Positions 60,382 through 61,038 of a stretch of 61,038 bases of DNA are shown here, piece by piece; within the stretch, counting starts at the first letter, position 1; each line of letters starts with the position of its first letter. The notes below the pieces were generated by a model. That model saw only the letters and a program-made list of their open reading frames with translations, made no database searches and was not told where the DNA came from. The position numbers were made by a program, and so were the translations under genes. This DNA comes from a candidate division WWE3 bacterium (GTDB lineage Bacteria; Patescibacteriota; WWE3; UBA101185; UBA10185): positions 1 through 61,038 of the forward strand of contig CAMDGN010000001.1 in assembly GCA_945897985.1 (NCBI GenBank). Direction: 5' to 3'.

Positions 60382-61038
60382 TTATTTAGTATTAACAACT
60401 TTCTCAAGGCTAGTATCTTTTTTAACTTCTTCTGGTTTGGTTAGCTTTTCAGAAGTTGTGTCGGTATTTTGACCGTTTTTATTTTCTAGCTCCTGAACCG
60501 AAGCTTTAGTTGAAGCTCCCGCTACTTTGATTTTGCTTTTAGCTGAGTCAATTTCTTTGTTTAACTTTTCAAGATCTGGTGAATTGGCTGGAAGAAGTGA
60601 TTTTGTAACTTCTAACTCAGATGCTGCAACATCAAATGCTTCCAATTTAATTAAAGCTTGTCCAAGATTGTAATGAGCGTTGGCATAGTTTGATTTTAGT
60701 TGAGTTGCTTGTTTGAACATGTTTGCAGCATTCAAGAAATCCCCTTTAGCGAAGAAGATAGTTCCTAATTCCATTCTTAGATTTGGGTTTGCTGGATCAA
60801 GTTGAATTGCATTATTTAGAGCTGATAGAGCCCATTGATCTGCATCGGAAGTCACACCAATTAGGGTTTTATAGATCGATGCTCTTACAATCCAGTTGTT
60901 TAAGTTTAGTGGATCAAGGTTTTCAGTTGCAAGTCTTGTAGATCTAATTGATTCGCTAATTAGTGTTTGAATTGCTTCTTTTTCTTGTTGAGAAAGGTTT
61001 CCTTTGTTTGCAAGCGTTATTGCAAGGTTAAGGTTTGT
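60382..61038 (-). CDS. TPR-repeat protein, 5'-truncated by window edge
   Basis: The frame stays open from 60855 to the window end, and the GTG the ORF track used is internal. TPR-like ...AHYNLGQALIKLEAFDVAASELE... repeats. Confidence 0.75.
   Translation of the reverse strand, partial: TNLNLAITLANKGNLSQQEKEAIQTLISESIRSTRLATENLDPLNLNNWIVRASIYKTLIGVTSDADQWALSALNNAIQLDPANPNLRMELGTIFFAKGDFLNAANMFKQATQLKSNYANAHYNLGQALIKLEAFDVAASELEVTKSLLPANSPDLEKLNKEIDSAKSKIKVAGASTKASVQELENKNGQNTDTTSEKLTKPEEVKKDTSLEKVVNTK

Overview
AT-rich, tightly packed bacterial window. Gene content and rRNA features look like a reduced Patescibacteria/CPR-type genome: split transketolase, archaeal/eukaryal-type ATP-dependent DNA ligase, SUF-only Fe-S machinery, many orphan secreted or membrane proteins, and a short divergent 16S. 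This taxonomic call is inference from the sequence only.

Recognisable content, in order:
- SDR gene 3' end, then a decayed integrative element abutting tRNA-Asn.
- A giant Cys-rich secreted protein.
- An ArsR-sufCBDSU-DUF1858-ferredoxin operon.
- tRNA-Ile(UAU) followed by a small island and a Xer-like tyrosine recombinase.
- Two CAU tRNAs, then ftsH, a 5'-3' exonuclease and nth.
- A long minus-strand block: DsbA-like, PfkB kinase, tkt C/N subunits, Rpe-LOG fusion, rpiB, Lgt-like, ATP-ligase, Fic-like, recF, fpg, a glycosyltransferase.
- A HEPN-like ORF coupled to mnmA, then an M23 peptidase.
- A broken rRNA locus: 16S, inverted tRNA-Ile, two small Cys-rich genes, promoter, tRNA-Ala, 23S, 5S.
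- rpsA, clpC-like and radA.
- A GT-C-like giant membrane protein with two DUF11-like paralogs, one carrying LPKTG.
- rho, a LysM-M23 peptidase, obg, tRNA-Ala(GGC) and a TPR protein.

Most interesting signal: four visibly GC-richer loci, three next to tRNA/rRNA genes and one with no RNA gene nearby. They hold small orphan genes that each have a near-consensus promoter and a strong Shine-Dalgarno (most also a GC-rich hairpin terminator), while native genes essentially lack SDs. Several of these cassettes share identical promoter or SD strings, which suggests a common donor.

No CRISPR array, reverse transcriptase or transposase was seen. All structural-RNA and motif coordinates were derived by eye and may be off by a few nt.
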